64,000 nucleotides of DNA from Candidatus Omnitrophota bacterium (GTDB taxonomy: Bacteria > Omnitrophota > Gorgyraeia > B26-G9), in contig JBDRPX010000037.1 of the NCBI GenBank assembly GCA_043826565.1, forward strand, positions 5,669 through 69,668, read 5' to 3'. Positions 46,100 through 55,950 of the stretch are shown here, piece after piece. Within the stretch, counting starts at the first letter, position 1. The number at the start of each line of letters is the position of its first letter. The notes under the pieces were generated by a model, which saw only the letters and a program-made list of their open reading frames with translations, did no database searches and had not been told where the DNA came from. Both the position numbers and the translations under genes were made by a program.

Positions 46100-48604
46100 A
46101 TGAGTAATTTAATGAAGATATATTACAAAAAAATCATTTTTTTTCTTATAGTCTTTTGTCTCTGGTCTTTTGTCTCTGGTCGGGGAACGCCGGCCTACTC
46201 TCAGCAAAACGAATACAAAGATTTATTTCTGGCCAAGCAGGCTTTTGAAGACGGTTTTTATGATGTTGCCGAGCGGCAGTTAAATAAGTTTTTAAGATAT
46301 TACCCTTATAGTAAACGCAGCTTTGATGTTCAGCTCTTACTTGCTCAGAGTTATTTAAAACAAGGCCAGGTGTATAAAGCTTCTAATATTTTTGAAGAAT
46401 TGTTAAAGGGTGGAGCGGCCCAGGAAAAAGGCAGATTGGATGAAGTTAATTTCTGGCTGGGTGAGACTTATTTTAAAGGGAAAGACTATGAAGGCGCGCT
46501 TGTTTTTTATGAAAAGATGATCAATGAATTTCCGGATACAAAATGGCTTTCTTACGCCTATTATAACAAGGCCTGGTGTTTGTACGAGTTGAAACGGTTT
46601 GAGGATTCTAAGCGGCAGTTCGAGGATTTTATCCGCAAATATCCGGGACATGAATACGTGTTTGAAGCTGAGTATAAGATCGGGGAGATTTTATTTGAAT
46701 CGCAGAAATTTGAGCAGGCTAAAAAATATCTTTTAATCTATGTCAAAAAACATCCGGCCCAGCATAGTGTACCCAGGCCGTATTGTCTACTGGGAGAAAT
46801 TCATTACCGGATTGGGGATTACAGCCAAGCCATAAAATTTTATGAAGAATCTCTTAAGTATGGACTGCGTTCACAATATACTCCCTACGCGCGTTATGGA
46901 ATCGGCTGGTCATATTATAAATTGGGCGCTTATAAAGAAAGTCTTGATGCTTTTGCGAAATTCATGGAATTTTTTCCTAAGCATAATCTGGCCCAACTGG
47001 TAATTCTGCAGATGGGGCAGTGTGGTTTGGAATTAAAGGATTATGAAGGGGCCTTGGGATATTACAATGAGCTCATCAGCCGATTCCCTAAAGGTGATCT
47101 GCTCCATCGCGCGTATCTATCAAAGGCCAAGACAGTATTTGAACTTGGCAGGATCGATGAATCGATAATTGTTTATAAAGAACTGCTGGAGAGATTTACT
47201 CAGGCCGATATTATTTCCGAAGCCCATTATAATCTGGGGATTGCCTATCTGGAAAATAAAGATTTAAATAATGCGGTCGATGAATTTAAGTTAGCTGAGA
47301 AACTTTCTCCGGAGGCGGTTATGAAAGTAAATGCCTTGACCAAGATCGCCGATATCCATCTTGAAAAAGGCGAGTTTGATTTAGCTCAAAAATTATATGA
47401 TAAAATCCTGATTGATTTTAGTGATAGCAAAGATGCTGATTATGCGCAATATCAATTAGGGGTAAGCTTTCTGGGGCAAGGCCGGTTTGATGCGGCGATA
47501 CTCGCGTTCGCGAATATTTTAAATAATTTTCCTAAAAGCCGGATTATCGGAAAAACACAATATCATTTGGGAATTGCGTATTTTAAAAAGGGTAATTTTT
47601 CTGTTGCCGAAAGCAAACTTAAAAGTTTTATAGAGCAGTATCCGAAGAGTGAATTTAATGATCAGGCTCTTTTCCATATGGCGGCTTCTATGTATAATTT
47701 AAAAAATTGTAAAGAGGCAATAATACTCTATACCCGTCTAATAAGATCTGTTACCGACCGGGAGCTTCTCTGGCGCTCTACTTATCAGCGGGCGTGGTGT
47801 TATTATCATTTGGGAAAAGAAAAAGAAGCGATTAACGGCTTTGTTGCTTGTCTTTCCCAATTCAGTGATATCCCGATTAGTGCCGATATTCAATTCTGGC
47901 TGGGGCAGTATTATCTGGAGAAAAATGATTTTGGCAAGGCGCAAGGGTATTTTCTTGCGGTATTGAATAATCCGCTGCCGAATGAATTAAAGGATGACGC
48001 GATGTTCCAGTTGGGCGTATGTTATCGAAAGTCCGGCCGGCTTAGTTTAGCGGTAAAGCAGTTTAATAATTTTAAAAGAGGGTTTCCGGAGAGTGAATTT
48101 ATTCCTGAGGTTATGTTAAGGATTTCCCATATGTTTATAACTCAGAAAAAGAAGGACAAGGCCCAGGCGGAATTAAAAGAGCTTATTAATAAATTTGCGT
48201 CAACGGCATATGAAAGCATCGCCTATAAAAAACTGGCGGATATTGAAGAATCGGAAAATAATATTCAGCAGGCGATAAGCTATCTTAACAGCGCTTTAAA
48301 TAATACTCAGGTCTTGGCGGAGTTTAAAGCGCAGTTACAGTATGATGTGGCGCGTTTGTGGGAAGCCTCCGGAGATGATGAGCAGGCAACAGAAGAATAT
48401 TTGAAAGTAGGGTATCTTTATCCGGATAATAAAGAACAGGCGGGTAATTCATATTGGAAAGTAAGCATGATTTTTGAAAATAATAAAGAATATGAAAAAG
48501 CAGTAAGTATCTATGAAAAAATAATTGCCCAGGGGCTAAAAGAAAAAGAAAAAGCTAAGGAGAGATTAGAATGTTTAAAAGAAAAATTATCTGCTACACC
48601 GTAA
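46100..48604 (+). CDS. TPR-repeat protein (834 aa, secreted/periplasmic)
   Basis: N-terminal signal/TM; more than 15 TPR-like repeats (YxxAxxxYxxGxYxxA pattern). Confidence 0.7.
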   Translation: MSNLMKIYYKKIIFFLIVFCLWSFVSGRGTPAYSQQNEYKDLFLAKQAFEDGFYDVAERQLNKFLRYYPYSKRSFDVQLLLAQSYLKQGQVYKASNIFEELLKGGAAQEKGRLDEVNFWLGETYFKGKDYEGALVFYEKMINEFPDTKWLSYAYYNKAWCLYELKRFEDSKRQFEDFIRKYPGHEYVFEAEYKIGEILFESQKFEQAKKYLLIYVKKHPAQHSVPRPYCLLGEIHYRIGDYSQAIKFYEESLKYGLRSQYTPYARYGIGWSYYKLGAYKESLDAFAKFMEFFPKHNLAQLVILQMGQCGLELKDYEGALGYYNELISRFPKGDLLHRAYLSKAKTVFELGRIDESIIVYKELLERFTQADIISEAHYNLGIAYLENKDLNNAVDEFKLAEKLSPEAVMKVNALTKIADIHLEKGEFDLAQKLYDKILIDFSDSKDADYAQYQLGVSFLGQGRFDAAILAFANILNNFPKSRIIGKTQYHLGIAYFKKGNFSVAESKLKSFIEQYPKSEFNDQALFHMAASMYNLKNCKEAIILYTRLIRSVTDRELLWRSTYQRAWCYYHLGKEKEAINGFVACLSQFSDIPISADIQFWLGQYYLEKNDFGKAQGYFLAVLNNPLPNELKDDAMFQLGVCYRKSGRLSLAVKQFNNFKRGFPESEFIPEVMLRISHMFITQKKKDKAQAELKELINKFASTAYESIAYKKLADIEESENNIQQAISYLNSALNNTQVLAEFKAQLQYDVARLWEASGDDEQATEEYLKVGYLYPDNKEQAGNSYWKVSMIFENNKEYEKAVSIYEKIIAQGLKEKEKAKERLECLKEKLSATP

Positions 48605-50067
48605 TCGTTCTATTATTTATAGCGGCGATAAATACGGTAAAGGTATACGGGGAGGATTTGAAAAAACCGCTATTGGATCTGCCGCATGTGGTTGGGGATG
48701 ATCTCCTGCCGGATGCGTTTATGCCTGAAGAAAGCCGGGAGAAAACCGGAATTGAAGATAGTTCCGGGTTTTTCAGCTTTGCTTATGGCAGGTTTCATTC
48801 CAGTACTTATGATATTAAACAATCAGCCCGGGGAGACAATTTTTATTATACCGCGCGAATCAATATTGATGATTCCGGCGGAGAACGTGATAACAGTAAA
48901 TTCACAACGTACCGGCCGAGTTTTGAGTTAGGTATCCCTTTTGACCGGGAAAATGAGGCTGTTTTCAAGGTTAATTATTTCAATAAGATTATGAATCTTC
49001 CCGGGAAAATGGATGCGCTTACTCCCGGGGCAAAAAGGAAGAACACGGATTTTGAGATATCTGCGCAGTTTATTCGCGGATTGGATAATGGGCAGGTGAA
49101 AATAGAGCCTTATTATGGCCGCTCAATATTGGATGAAGATATTAATCGCCGGGATTTCCGAAATAAACTTTTGGGAACAAGGATAAATTTTGAAGCTGAT
49201 GAAAATGAAGTAAAAATAGACGCGTTTGATAATAAACTGGTGGACCGGTATGAGCATTTAATTACGGATGCTAAGATAAGATTAAAACCCATTCCGCTTG
49301 ATGAGCAATGGCAGTTTAGGCTGGGGGCTAATATTTTTGCTCAGGAAGGTTTTGGGCAAAGGCCCTCTCCTTATGTAGAGTTAATGTTTAGTTCACAAGA
49401 GGACAGTTCTCATAAATTAAAAGCCACGCGTGAATTTGCTCCGCTTGTGTTTCGGGAAATCTACCTTAATGATAATTTCGTGGAAGCAACCCCTCTGGAA
49501 TTACGCCCGCGAAGAAAGTCGATTATTTCCTATGAATTCGACAAATATGTCAGCCGGGAGTGGAGGACAAACTTAGTTATCTATGTACAGCAGGACAAAG
49601 ATCTGTGGTTTTGGAATGATCCGGATAATAATGGCTTATACTCTCCGGAGATCATTGAAAAGGTAAATTTCGGCGGGATAAAGATATCTACTGAGTATAC
49701 CTGGAGTGAAGCCTTCAGCCATTTTATTAGTTTGAATTTACGCAGTATAACCAGTAAAGATCCTGATTATGAGTTTGTGCCGTTTGAGCCTAAGCAAAGA
49801 ATAGCTGTCGGGCTTACTTATAAGATTGACGAAAGATTTAAGATGGATATTACCGGCGATTACTTCGGCCGGCGCTTTTTTCAGGGTAATTCCAAGGAGA
49901 GTTTTAGCGCGTATTTTCTCTTGGCAAGCAAGCTGACCTATCAACTGAAAGATTACTTGACTTTATTTGTGTTAGTTGATAATTTATTAAATGACCATTA
50001 TGAAATAGTAAAAGGTTATCCCAGCCAGAGTAGGAGTGCCTTGGCCGGAGCATCGGTTAAATTCTAA
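48571..50067 (+). CDS. putative outer-membrane beta-barrel protein
   Basis: signal peptide; alternating amphipathic strands; C-terminal ...GASVKF ends in an aromatic residue as in OMPs. Confidence 0.45.
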   Translation: MFKRKIICYTVIVLLFIAAINTVKVYGEDLKKPLLDLPHVVGDDLLPDAFMPEESREKTGIEDSSGFFSFAYGRFHSSTYDIKQSARGDNFYYTARINIDDSGGERDNSKFTTYRPSFELGIPFDRENEAVFKVNYFNKIMNLPGKMDALTPGAKRKNTDFEISAQFIRGLDNGQVKIEPYYGRSILDEDINRRDFRNKLLGTRINFEADENEVKIDAFDNKLVDRYEHLITDAKIRLKPIPLDEQWQFRLGANIFAQEGFGQRPSPYVELMFSSQEDSSHKLKATREFAPLVFREIYLNDNFVEATPLELRPRRKSIISYEFDKYVSREWRTNLVIYVQQDKDLWFWNDPDNNGLYSPEIIEKVNFGGIKISTEYTWSEAFSHFISLNLRSITSKDPDYEFVPFEPKQRIAVGLTYKIDERFKMDITGDYFGRRFFQGNSKESFSAYFLLASKLTYQLKDYLTLFVLVDNLLNDHYEIVKGYPSQSRSALAGASVKF

Positions 50068-50246
50068 TAAATCTTTTATTATGAATATGTTATGTTCTGG
50101 GGAAATCTTACCGGGTTTTTTATGCTGAAAAGATTTTAATATTAGTATAAACTTCTAATCATAAAAAATCCGATATTAATTTGTTGGTACTAAAAGACCT
50201 CTCACCTTTGCAGGTTCGAGGTTAATTTACGTAGTAAATTAAGGAG

Positions 50247-50939
50247 ATGATTATGCAGAGAATAATGTATCGTATCGCGTGGGTGGCCATGTCGTTATTG
50301 ATTTCCATAGGTTTATATATGAAAGTAGACATAATCAGTAAAGGCGGGCCGGTAATGATTCCGATAATTTTGTGTTCTATTTTCGCGCTGGCGATAATGC
50401 TCGAAAGAGCAGTAAGTTTATATCGTTCAAAAATAGATACAAATAAGTTTATGGATGAAATAACCACGGCCTTAAAACGCAATCGAATTAACGAGGCCTT
50501 GGATATTTGTGAGCAGACCCAAGGACCGATTGCCCGGATCTTAAAAGCGGGAATTTCTAAACATGACCGTCAGCGCCACGAAATTAGAGAGGCAATTGAA
50601 GACGCGGGATTACATGAGGTGCCTAAGCTGGAAAAGAACTTAAGCGCCTTGGCAACGATTGCCCATGTCAGCCCGTTGTTGGGATTATTAGGCACGGTTA
50701 CCGGGATGGTTTCTACATTTCAGATAATTCAGCAAAAAGCGGTAGCCATGTATCCGGTGGATCCATCTGTTCTGGCTAAGGGAATATGGGAAGCGTTAAT
50801 TACTACCGTAGCCGGGCTTATCGTGGCGATCCCTTGTTTTGTCGCTTATAATTATTTGGTATCGAAAGTCCAGAATTTGGTAGTGGAGATGGAAGTTTCC
50901 GCGACTGATCTGGTTAATATACTTACGCAGCGAAGATGA
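50247..50939 (+). CDS. exbB: MotA/TolQ/ExbB proton-channel protein
   Basis: three TM segments; TIAHVSPLLGLLGTVTGM motif. Confidence 0.8.
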   Translation: MIMQRIMYRIAWVAMSLLISIGLYMKVDIISKGGPVMIPIILCSIFALAIMLERAVSLYRSKIDTNKFMDEITTALKRNRINEALDICEQTQGPIARILKAGISKHDRQRHEIREAIEDAGLHEVPKLEKNLSALATIAHVSPLLGLLGTVTGMVSTFQIIQQKAVAMYPVDPSVLAKGIWEALITTVAGLIVAIPCFVAYNYLVSKVQNLVVEMEVSATDLVNILTQRR

Positions 50940-50981
50940 ATCTTTGTGGATTTTCAATAAATTCAAATATCAAAGATCAAA

Positions 50982-51353
50982 ATGCAAAATGATAAAGAAA
51001 AATTCAAAAAGGAATTTATATCAAGATTAGTAAAATTCTCCTTGTTAGTTTTAAAGCTGGGAGAGAAAATGAGGAAAGAAAGAATTCTTTGGCCAATAAT
51101 AGACCAGTTAGTCCGGAGTAGTACTTCAATTGGAGCCAATGTAGTAGAGGCTAAGTCTTCAAGTTCAAGAAGAGATTATCTTAAGTTTTTTGAAATAGCT
51201 TTAAAGTCAGCAAATGAAACAAAGTATTGGTTGATACTAGTAAAAGAAAGCAGTAATGATTTTAAGGTGGAATCGGATAATCTCTTAAAGGAAATAAAAG
51301 AAATATCAAATGTAATTGGTGCTAGTGTGTTGACCTTAAAAGGTAAGAATTAA
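50982..51353 (+). CDS. four-helix-bundle protein (TIGR02436, 23S-rRNA-IVS protein family)
   Basis: IDQLVRSSTSIGANVVEA...ETKYWL signature. Confidence 0.75.
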   Translation: MQNDKEKFKKEFISRLVKFSLLVLKLGEKMRKERILWPIIDQLVRSSTSIGANVVEAKSSSSRRDYLKFFEIALKSANETKYWLILVKESSNDFKVESDNLLKEIKEISNVIGASVLTLKGKN

Positions 51354-51429
51354 TGTTTTTTACATTTTAATTTGTCATTTTGATTTTTGCATTTTGCAGT
51401 TTGATTTTTAATTTTAAAAAGGAGATACC

Positions 51430-51843
51430 GTGCGTTTTAGAAAGCATTTGGAACTTGAAAAAGGGCAAAAGGAAATAAATATCACGCCATTAGTGGACAT
51501 GGTATTTCTTCTGCTTATTTTTTTCATGCTCACTTCCAGCTTTATTGTAATGCCGGGGATAAGGGTTAATCTGCCCAAGGCGGTAACTTCAGAGGTTATT
51601 AAGGATAAAAACATTACGGTAACTGTTAATAATAAAAATGTTATTTATCTGAATGATAAACCGATCACGGCTAAAGAACTGACTAGTTACCTTGAAGAAG
51701 TTGTTAAAAATAAAGAAGAAAAACCACTGCTTATAAAAGCGGATACGGACACCCAATTAGGGGCAGTAGTAAGGGTCTGGGATATTTGCCGGAAAGTAGG
51801 TATCTCTCAGATCAATATTGCGACTCTTCAGGAAATAAACTAA
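51430..51843 (+). CDS. exbD: ExbD/TolR biopolymer transport protein
   Basis: INITPLVDMVFLLLIFFM N-terminal TM signature. Confidence 0.8.
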   Translation: MRFRKHLELEKGQKEINITPLVDMVFLLLIFFMLTSSFIVMPGIRVNLPKAVTSEVIKDKNITVTVNNKNVIYLNDKPITAKELTSYLEEVVKNKEEKPLLIKADTDTQLGAVVRVWDICRKVGISQINIATLQEIN

Positions 51844-51846
51844 GCG

Positions 51847-52458
51847 ATGCAGGGTAAAAATATTTTTGGTATTGCGTTATCTTGTTCTATTATTTGGCAC
51901 CTGGTTGGTTTTGGTGCGATAAATATTGTTTGTCCGGAACAATTATTGCGGCCTGAATTTGCACCGGTTAATTTTTTAGGCGCGATATTAGATCGGCCGG
52001 CGGCCCGAATTGATGTTGTACCTGAGATTTTACCGCAAGCTCAGGGCTTGGCCGGAAAAAGTATTCCCCGTTCATTAGAAAAGGAAACTCTCCCTTTTTC
52101 GGAACTTTCTAATAAAGCAATTCCCGATACTAATGCGGTTTTGACCGGGCCTAAGCAATTTATGATCACAGAAGTTTTAGGGGAGGGCTTCCGGCGCGGA
52201 ATTATACAAAAGCCGGCATTACCGGTTTGCCCGGAATGGGCGAAAAAACTCAGCAGCGATTTTGAGATACAATTAAAATTTCTGATCCTGCCCGAAGGAA
52301 CTGTCGGAACGGTAGAAAAAATTACTTCATCCGGATATCCGGAACTTGATGAAATCGGGGTCAGGTATATAAGAAAATGGAAATTCATGCCGCTTGCTGA
52401 AGATTCGCTTCTACAGGAACAATGGGGCAATATTAAGTTACTGTTTAAAATAAAATGA
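51847..52458 (+). CDS. TonB-family energy transducer (TonB_C domain)
   Basis: N-terminal TM segment; C-terminal SSGYPELDEIGVRYIRKWKFMP matches the TonB C-domain. Confidence 0.6.
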   Translation: MQGKNIFGIALSCSIIWHLVGFGAINIVCPEQLLRPEFAPVNFLGAILDRPAARIDVVPEILPQAQGLAGKSIPRSLEKETLPFSELSNKAIPDTNAVLTGPKQFMITEVLGEGFRRGIIQKPALPVCPEWAKKLSSDFEIQLKFLILPEGTVGTVEKITSSGYPELDEIGVRYIRKWKFMPLAEDSLLQEQWGNIKLLFKIK

Positions 52459-52691
52459 TAAATCTAGAATTAAGCCAGGTGGTTGCTGTTTATGTGCTCT
52501 TGTTTATCATGGGGTTTTTAGGGGCATGGACTTTTTCATTCTTGAAAAATAAAGTCAGCCGGGATATAATTCAATATAAGCTGTGTCAATGTGCTATTTG
52601 TACGTTTGTGTATTCTACGGTCATGGACATGGAAATGACAATTTGCCCAAGATGCGGCAGTTATAACAAAAAAGAGGAGGTGGGGGGATGA
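52455..52691 (+). CDS. small membrane protein with C-terminal CxxC..CPRCG zinc ribbon (hypothetical)
   Basis: translationally coupled to tonB. Confidence 0.35.
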   Translation: MINLELSQVVAVYVLLFIMGFLGAWTFSFLKNKVSRDIIQYKLCQCAICTFVYSTVMDMEMTICPRCGSYNKKEEVGG

Positions 52692-52885
52692 TTATTGGAA
52701 TCGGAATTGTTGCCGGAGATATCTGGCATTATTTAGATGATCATGGGACAGTTTTATTAAATGATCTGGTTAAGGCTCTGGATAAGCCCAGAGATATAGT
52801 TCTCATGAGCCTGGGCTGGTTGTCCCGGGAAGGGCATGTGATGATCAAGGGAGAAGATAACTTTAGTATCTCTTTGCGTAAGTAG
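52688..52885 (+). CDS. small hypothetical protein (65 aa)
   Basis: overlapping start/stop with the previous gene; no recognisable motif. Confidence 0.3.
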   Translation: MIIGIGIVAGDIWHYLDDHGTVLLNDLVKALDKPRDIVLMSLGWLSREGHVMIKGEDNFSISLRK

Positions 52886-52909
52886 ATAGTTATCTAAGCG
52901 GAGTAGCTT

Positions 52910-53233
52910 ATGGGTATTGAAAGCGGTTATATTATTGTATTTGTTACTGCTTCTTCAGCAGAAGAAGCTGGTAAATTATCAAAGGCTTTGATTGATCATA
53001 AGTTAGCGGCTTGTGTTAACACAGCTCCGGTGGCCTCTGTTTTTACCTGGCAGGGGAAAACAGAAAAAGCCGAAGAGATATTAATGATCATTAAAACCCG
53101 GGCGGATCTGTTTGAGAAGCTGGAAACGCTGGTTAAAAAAGAGCATAGTTACGATGTGCCGGAAATAATCGCTATCCCAATATTTGCAGGGAGTAAGGAT
53201 TATTTGGATTGGATAGACGAGAGCACTAAGTAA
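52910..53233 (+). CDS. cutA: divalent-cation tolerance protein CutA
   Basis: 107 aa; YIIVFVT..S...A..I...L..KLAAC.N motif. Confidence 0.8.
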   Translation: MGIESGYIIVFVTASSAEEAGKLSKALIDHKLAACVNTAPVASVFTWQGKTEKAEEILMIIKTRADLFEKLETLVKKEHSYDVPEIIAIPIFAGSKDYLDWIDESTK

Positions 53234-53262
53234 TACCTGAGAAGATAGTTTGTTATGTACTA

Positions 53263-53292
53263 AGGCCGGGTTAATTCTAACCCGGCCTTTTT
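53263..53292 (+). terminator. rho-independent terminator after cutA
   Basis: aggccgggtt-aattcta-aacccggcct followed by ttttt. Confidence 0.8.
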
Positions 53293-53475
53293 AGTTCTTA
53301 AAAAGTGGATAAAAATTTGCATGTGTAGCTAAAAACACCCCCAGAGCACTCAATAATAGTATATTTTAAATTATGTTTAACTAATTTGAGTGTTATATGA
53401 TATAATAACAAATAATATTAAATAGTGATTTTTGTACTTTTAACCTGAAAATGTGATAAAAATGCAGGAGGGGCT

Positions 53476-54483
53476 GTGAGAGGAGAAATTCAATCTGCTA
53501 AAGCTTTCAAGAGGTTTTTTGGAGAAATTGAAGATTTTAATAGAATAATGACTGAGTTAGAATCGTCTTTATCTAAAAAATTGGTTACAAATAATGAGGT
53601 GTATTACAAAAAGTTATGTAAAGCTATGGGAAAACTAGTTCAAAAAATTAACTGTTTGGAGAAGCATATTGCTGGGTCAAAAGAATTATTGCTGTTTAGT
53701 AAGAATGCTTTTAGAGTTTTATCGGGAAAATTATTTGATAAAAGTTCGATATTAAAACACTGTTTTTATAAACCTCAGGGATATCCTGGTGATTATATTA
53801 CGATGGAAAGATTTTATGATGGGCGCCCTCGAGGAAGAGGAATAGGGAGGTTGCTTGATCGTTATTATTTAGAAGGAGATGGCCCTCAAGCTATTCGTTG
53901 CAGAAAAGAAGCAATTTTAAATATAGTAACTGATTTTATTAAAAATTCTCATAAAAAAATTTCTTTGATTGATATTGGTTGTGGTTCCTGCCGTATAGAA
54001 AAAGAACTAATTGATCTTGTTGGGGAGCAAGTATTTTCAAAAATTGTTTTTGTTGATCAGGATATAGATGCGCTCTCATTTAGTAAAAAGATTAATGAGA
54101 AACATGTAGAAAAGTGCAAAATGCGATTTCAGCAAATGGATGTGATTAGTTTACTGAGGCGATCACAATTATTCACGGAAGAAAAATTCGATGTAATCTT
54201 TTGTATTGGGTTATTTGATTATATTTATGATGCTACTTTTGGCAGGCTTGTCAAATATTTATGGCGTATGTTAGCTCCGGGGGGAATGATTGTGCTATCT
54301 AACTGTAGCCTTGCTCATTTAAATAGGACGGAAAGAGAATGGATTGTTGATTGGAGAATGCATCATCGCAGCAAGGAGCAGATACAAGGGATTTTAGAAC
54401 AGACGGAAATACAGGATTTAAAGTTTAAATTTTCCATGGAGAGGTCAAACGGTATTATTATTATTACACTTTATAAGCGGTAG
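53476..54483 (+). CDS. class I SAM-dependent methyltransferase (atypical codon usage)
   Basis: LIDIGCGSC (motif I), VFVDQD, GGMIVLSN; Arg mostly AGA/AGG, unlike the rest of the window. Confidence 0.65.
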   Translation: MRGEIQSAKAFKRFFGEIEDFNRIMTELESSLSKKLVTNNEVYYKKLCKAMGKLVQKINCLEKHIAGSKELLLFSKNAFRVLSGKLFDKSSILKHCFYKPQGYPGDYITMERFYDGRPRGRGIGRLLDRYYLEGDGPQAIRCRKEAILNIVTDFIKNSHKKISLIDIGCGSCRIEKELIDLVGEQVFSKIVFVDQDIDALSFSKKINEKHVEKCKMRFQQMDVISLLRRSQLFTEEKFDVIFCIGLFDYIYDATFGRLVKYLWRMLAPGGMIVLSNCSLAHLNRTEREWIVDWRMHHRSKEQIQGILEQTEIQDLKFKFSMERSNGIIIITLYKR

Positions 54484-54492
54484 GGGGTAGCT

Positions 54493-55947
54493 ATGGGGGA
54501 TTATAGAGAAAATAATTATGATGTAGTTATTATCGGAGCAGGGGTTGGTGGGTTGGTATGCGGTTGCTTTTTAGCTAAATCAGGGTTTAAAGTTATGATT
54601 GTTGAGAGTAATAAGAATCCTGGCGGATGTTGTGTTTCTTTTAGGAGAAAAGGGTTTGTTTTTGATGCAGGAGTTTTTTCTTTAGGTGATTGTGATGATG
54701 GCGGAAAACTGGGGCAAATTATTGAGATGTTGTCATTAAAAGAATTTGTGAATTTAATACAGTTAGATCCTACCGAAGTTATTGTTACTCCAGACGTAAA
54801 TGTTGTCGTAAGTAAATCATTTCATAGTACTATGTCAGCATTTCAGCGATGTTTTCCTTCTCAGGCAAATAAAATTGAAAAGTTTTTAGAGTTTTTGCAA
54901 GAATCTTCTCCGGTCAGATTGCTTGCTGCATTTAAGGATTATTCTTTTGAGGAATTGCTGGATAGTTATTTTTCTGATGATCAGTTGAAGCTAGTTTTTT
55001 ATACAATTATGGCTACGTTTGGTCAACCAAGCAAAAACATTTCTGCAGTGACGGCAGCAGTTGTTCTTAAAGAGTTTATTGTAAATGGAGGGTATTATCC
55101 TGAAGGGGGTGTGCAGAAATTTGCCGAAGGGTTAGTGAGTGTTTTTGAAAAAATGGGAGGAGTTATAAAATATTCTTGCACTGCTACCAAAATATTGGTG
55201 AAAGATAATAAAGTAAAAGGAGTTTTTGTGAATAAGGAAACCCTGATTAATGCAGATATTGTTATCTCCAATTGTGATGCTTCCCAGACTTTTTTAAAAC
55301 TAATAGATTGTGAGCATTTAGACAATAATTTTATTGAGATAATTCAGAATAGAATTCCTTCAATATCATCATTTATGGTTTTTTTGGGGGTTGGACACAA
55401 GTTTAATGAATTAAAGTATAAATGTAAATATTGGTGCGCGCTAAATTCCAATATAATTTCGGGGGGGGAGGGAGATATTAAAAATGATTGGTCGCGTATA
55501 GGGGATCATTTGATCGTGAGTTTTCCTTCTTTGTATGACAGTTCTTTGTCACCGGAGAATAAAGAAAGTGTTTGCATCTTAGTAAGTGTTCCTTTTGGAA
55601 ATAAAGAATTTTGGATAAAAAACAAGGCTGAGATAGCGGAGCAAGTGATTAGTAAAACGGAGAAAATATTTCCTGGACTTTCTAAGGATATCGAAATTAA
55701 AGAAATTGCAACTCCATTGACTTATGTTAGATTTACGCAAAACCGTAATGGCGCAGCCTATGGGTGGGATGGAACAAGAGCACAGTTAACAGAAAACGTT
55801 TTGTCTTATAAAACCCCAATCAAGGGACTTTATGTTGTCGGGCATTGGACAAAGGATGGTTTTGGGGTTTCCCGCGCTGCTTTTTCGGGGTATAATGTAT
55901 CAAGACTAGTTTCTGCATCTTATAAAAAAGATTTAACAGTTAATTAA
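54493..55947 (+). CDS. FAD-dependent oxidoreductase, phytoene-desaturase (CrtI)-like family
   Basis: VVIIGAGVGGLVCGCFLAKSG...VESNKNPGG dinucleotide-binding motif; 484 aa. Confidence 0.65.
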   Translation: MGDYRENNYDVVIIGAGVGGLVCGCFLAKSGFKVMIVESNKNPGGCCVSFRRKGFVFDAGVFSLGDCDDGGKLGQIIEMLSLKEFVNLIQLDPTEVIVTPDVNVVVSKSFHSTMSAFQRCFPSQANKIEKFLEFLQESSPVRLLAAFKDYSFEELLDSYFSDDQLKLVFYTIMATFGQPSKNISAVTAAVVLKEFIVNGGYYPEGGVQKFAEGLVSVFEKMGGVIKYSCTATKILVKDNKVKGVFVNKETLINADIVISNCDASQTFLKLIDCEHLDNNFIEIIQNRIPSISSFMVFLGVGHKFNELKYKCKYWCALNSNIISGGEGDIKNDWSRIGDHLIVSFPSLYDSSLSPENKESVCILVSVPFGNKEFWIKNKAEIAEQVISKTEKIFPGLSKDIEIKEIATPLTYVRFTQNRNGAAYGWDGTRAQLTENVLSYKTPIKGLYVVGHWTKDGFGVSRAAFSGYNVSRLVSASYKKDLTVN

Positions 55948-55950
55948 ATT

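Noticed and set aside
53330-53345. AGTGGATAA resembling a DnaA box (TGTGGATAA) upstream of the foreign block
   Set aside because: It is a single 8/9 match with no cluster or AT-rich DUE context, so it is not evidence for an origin.
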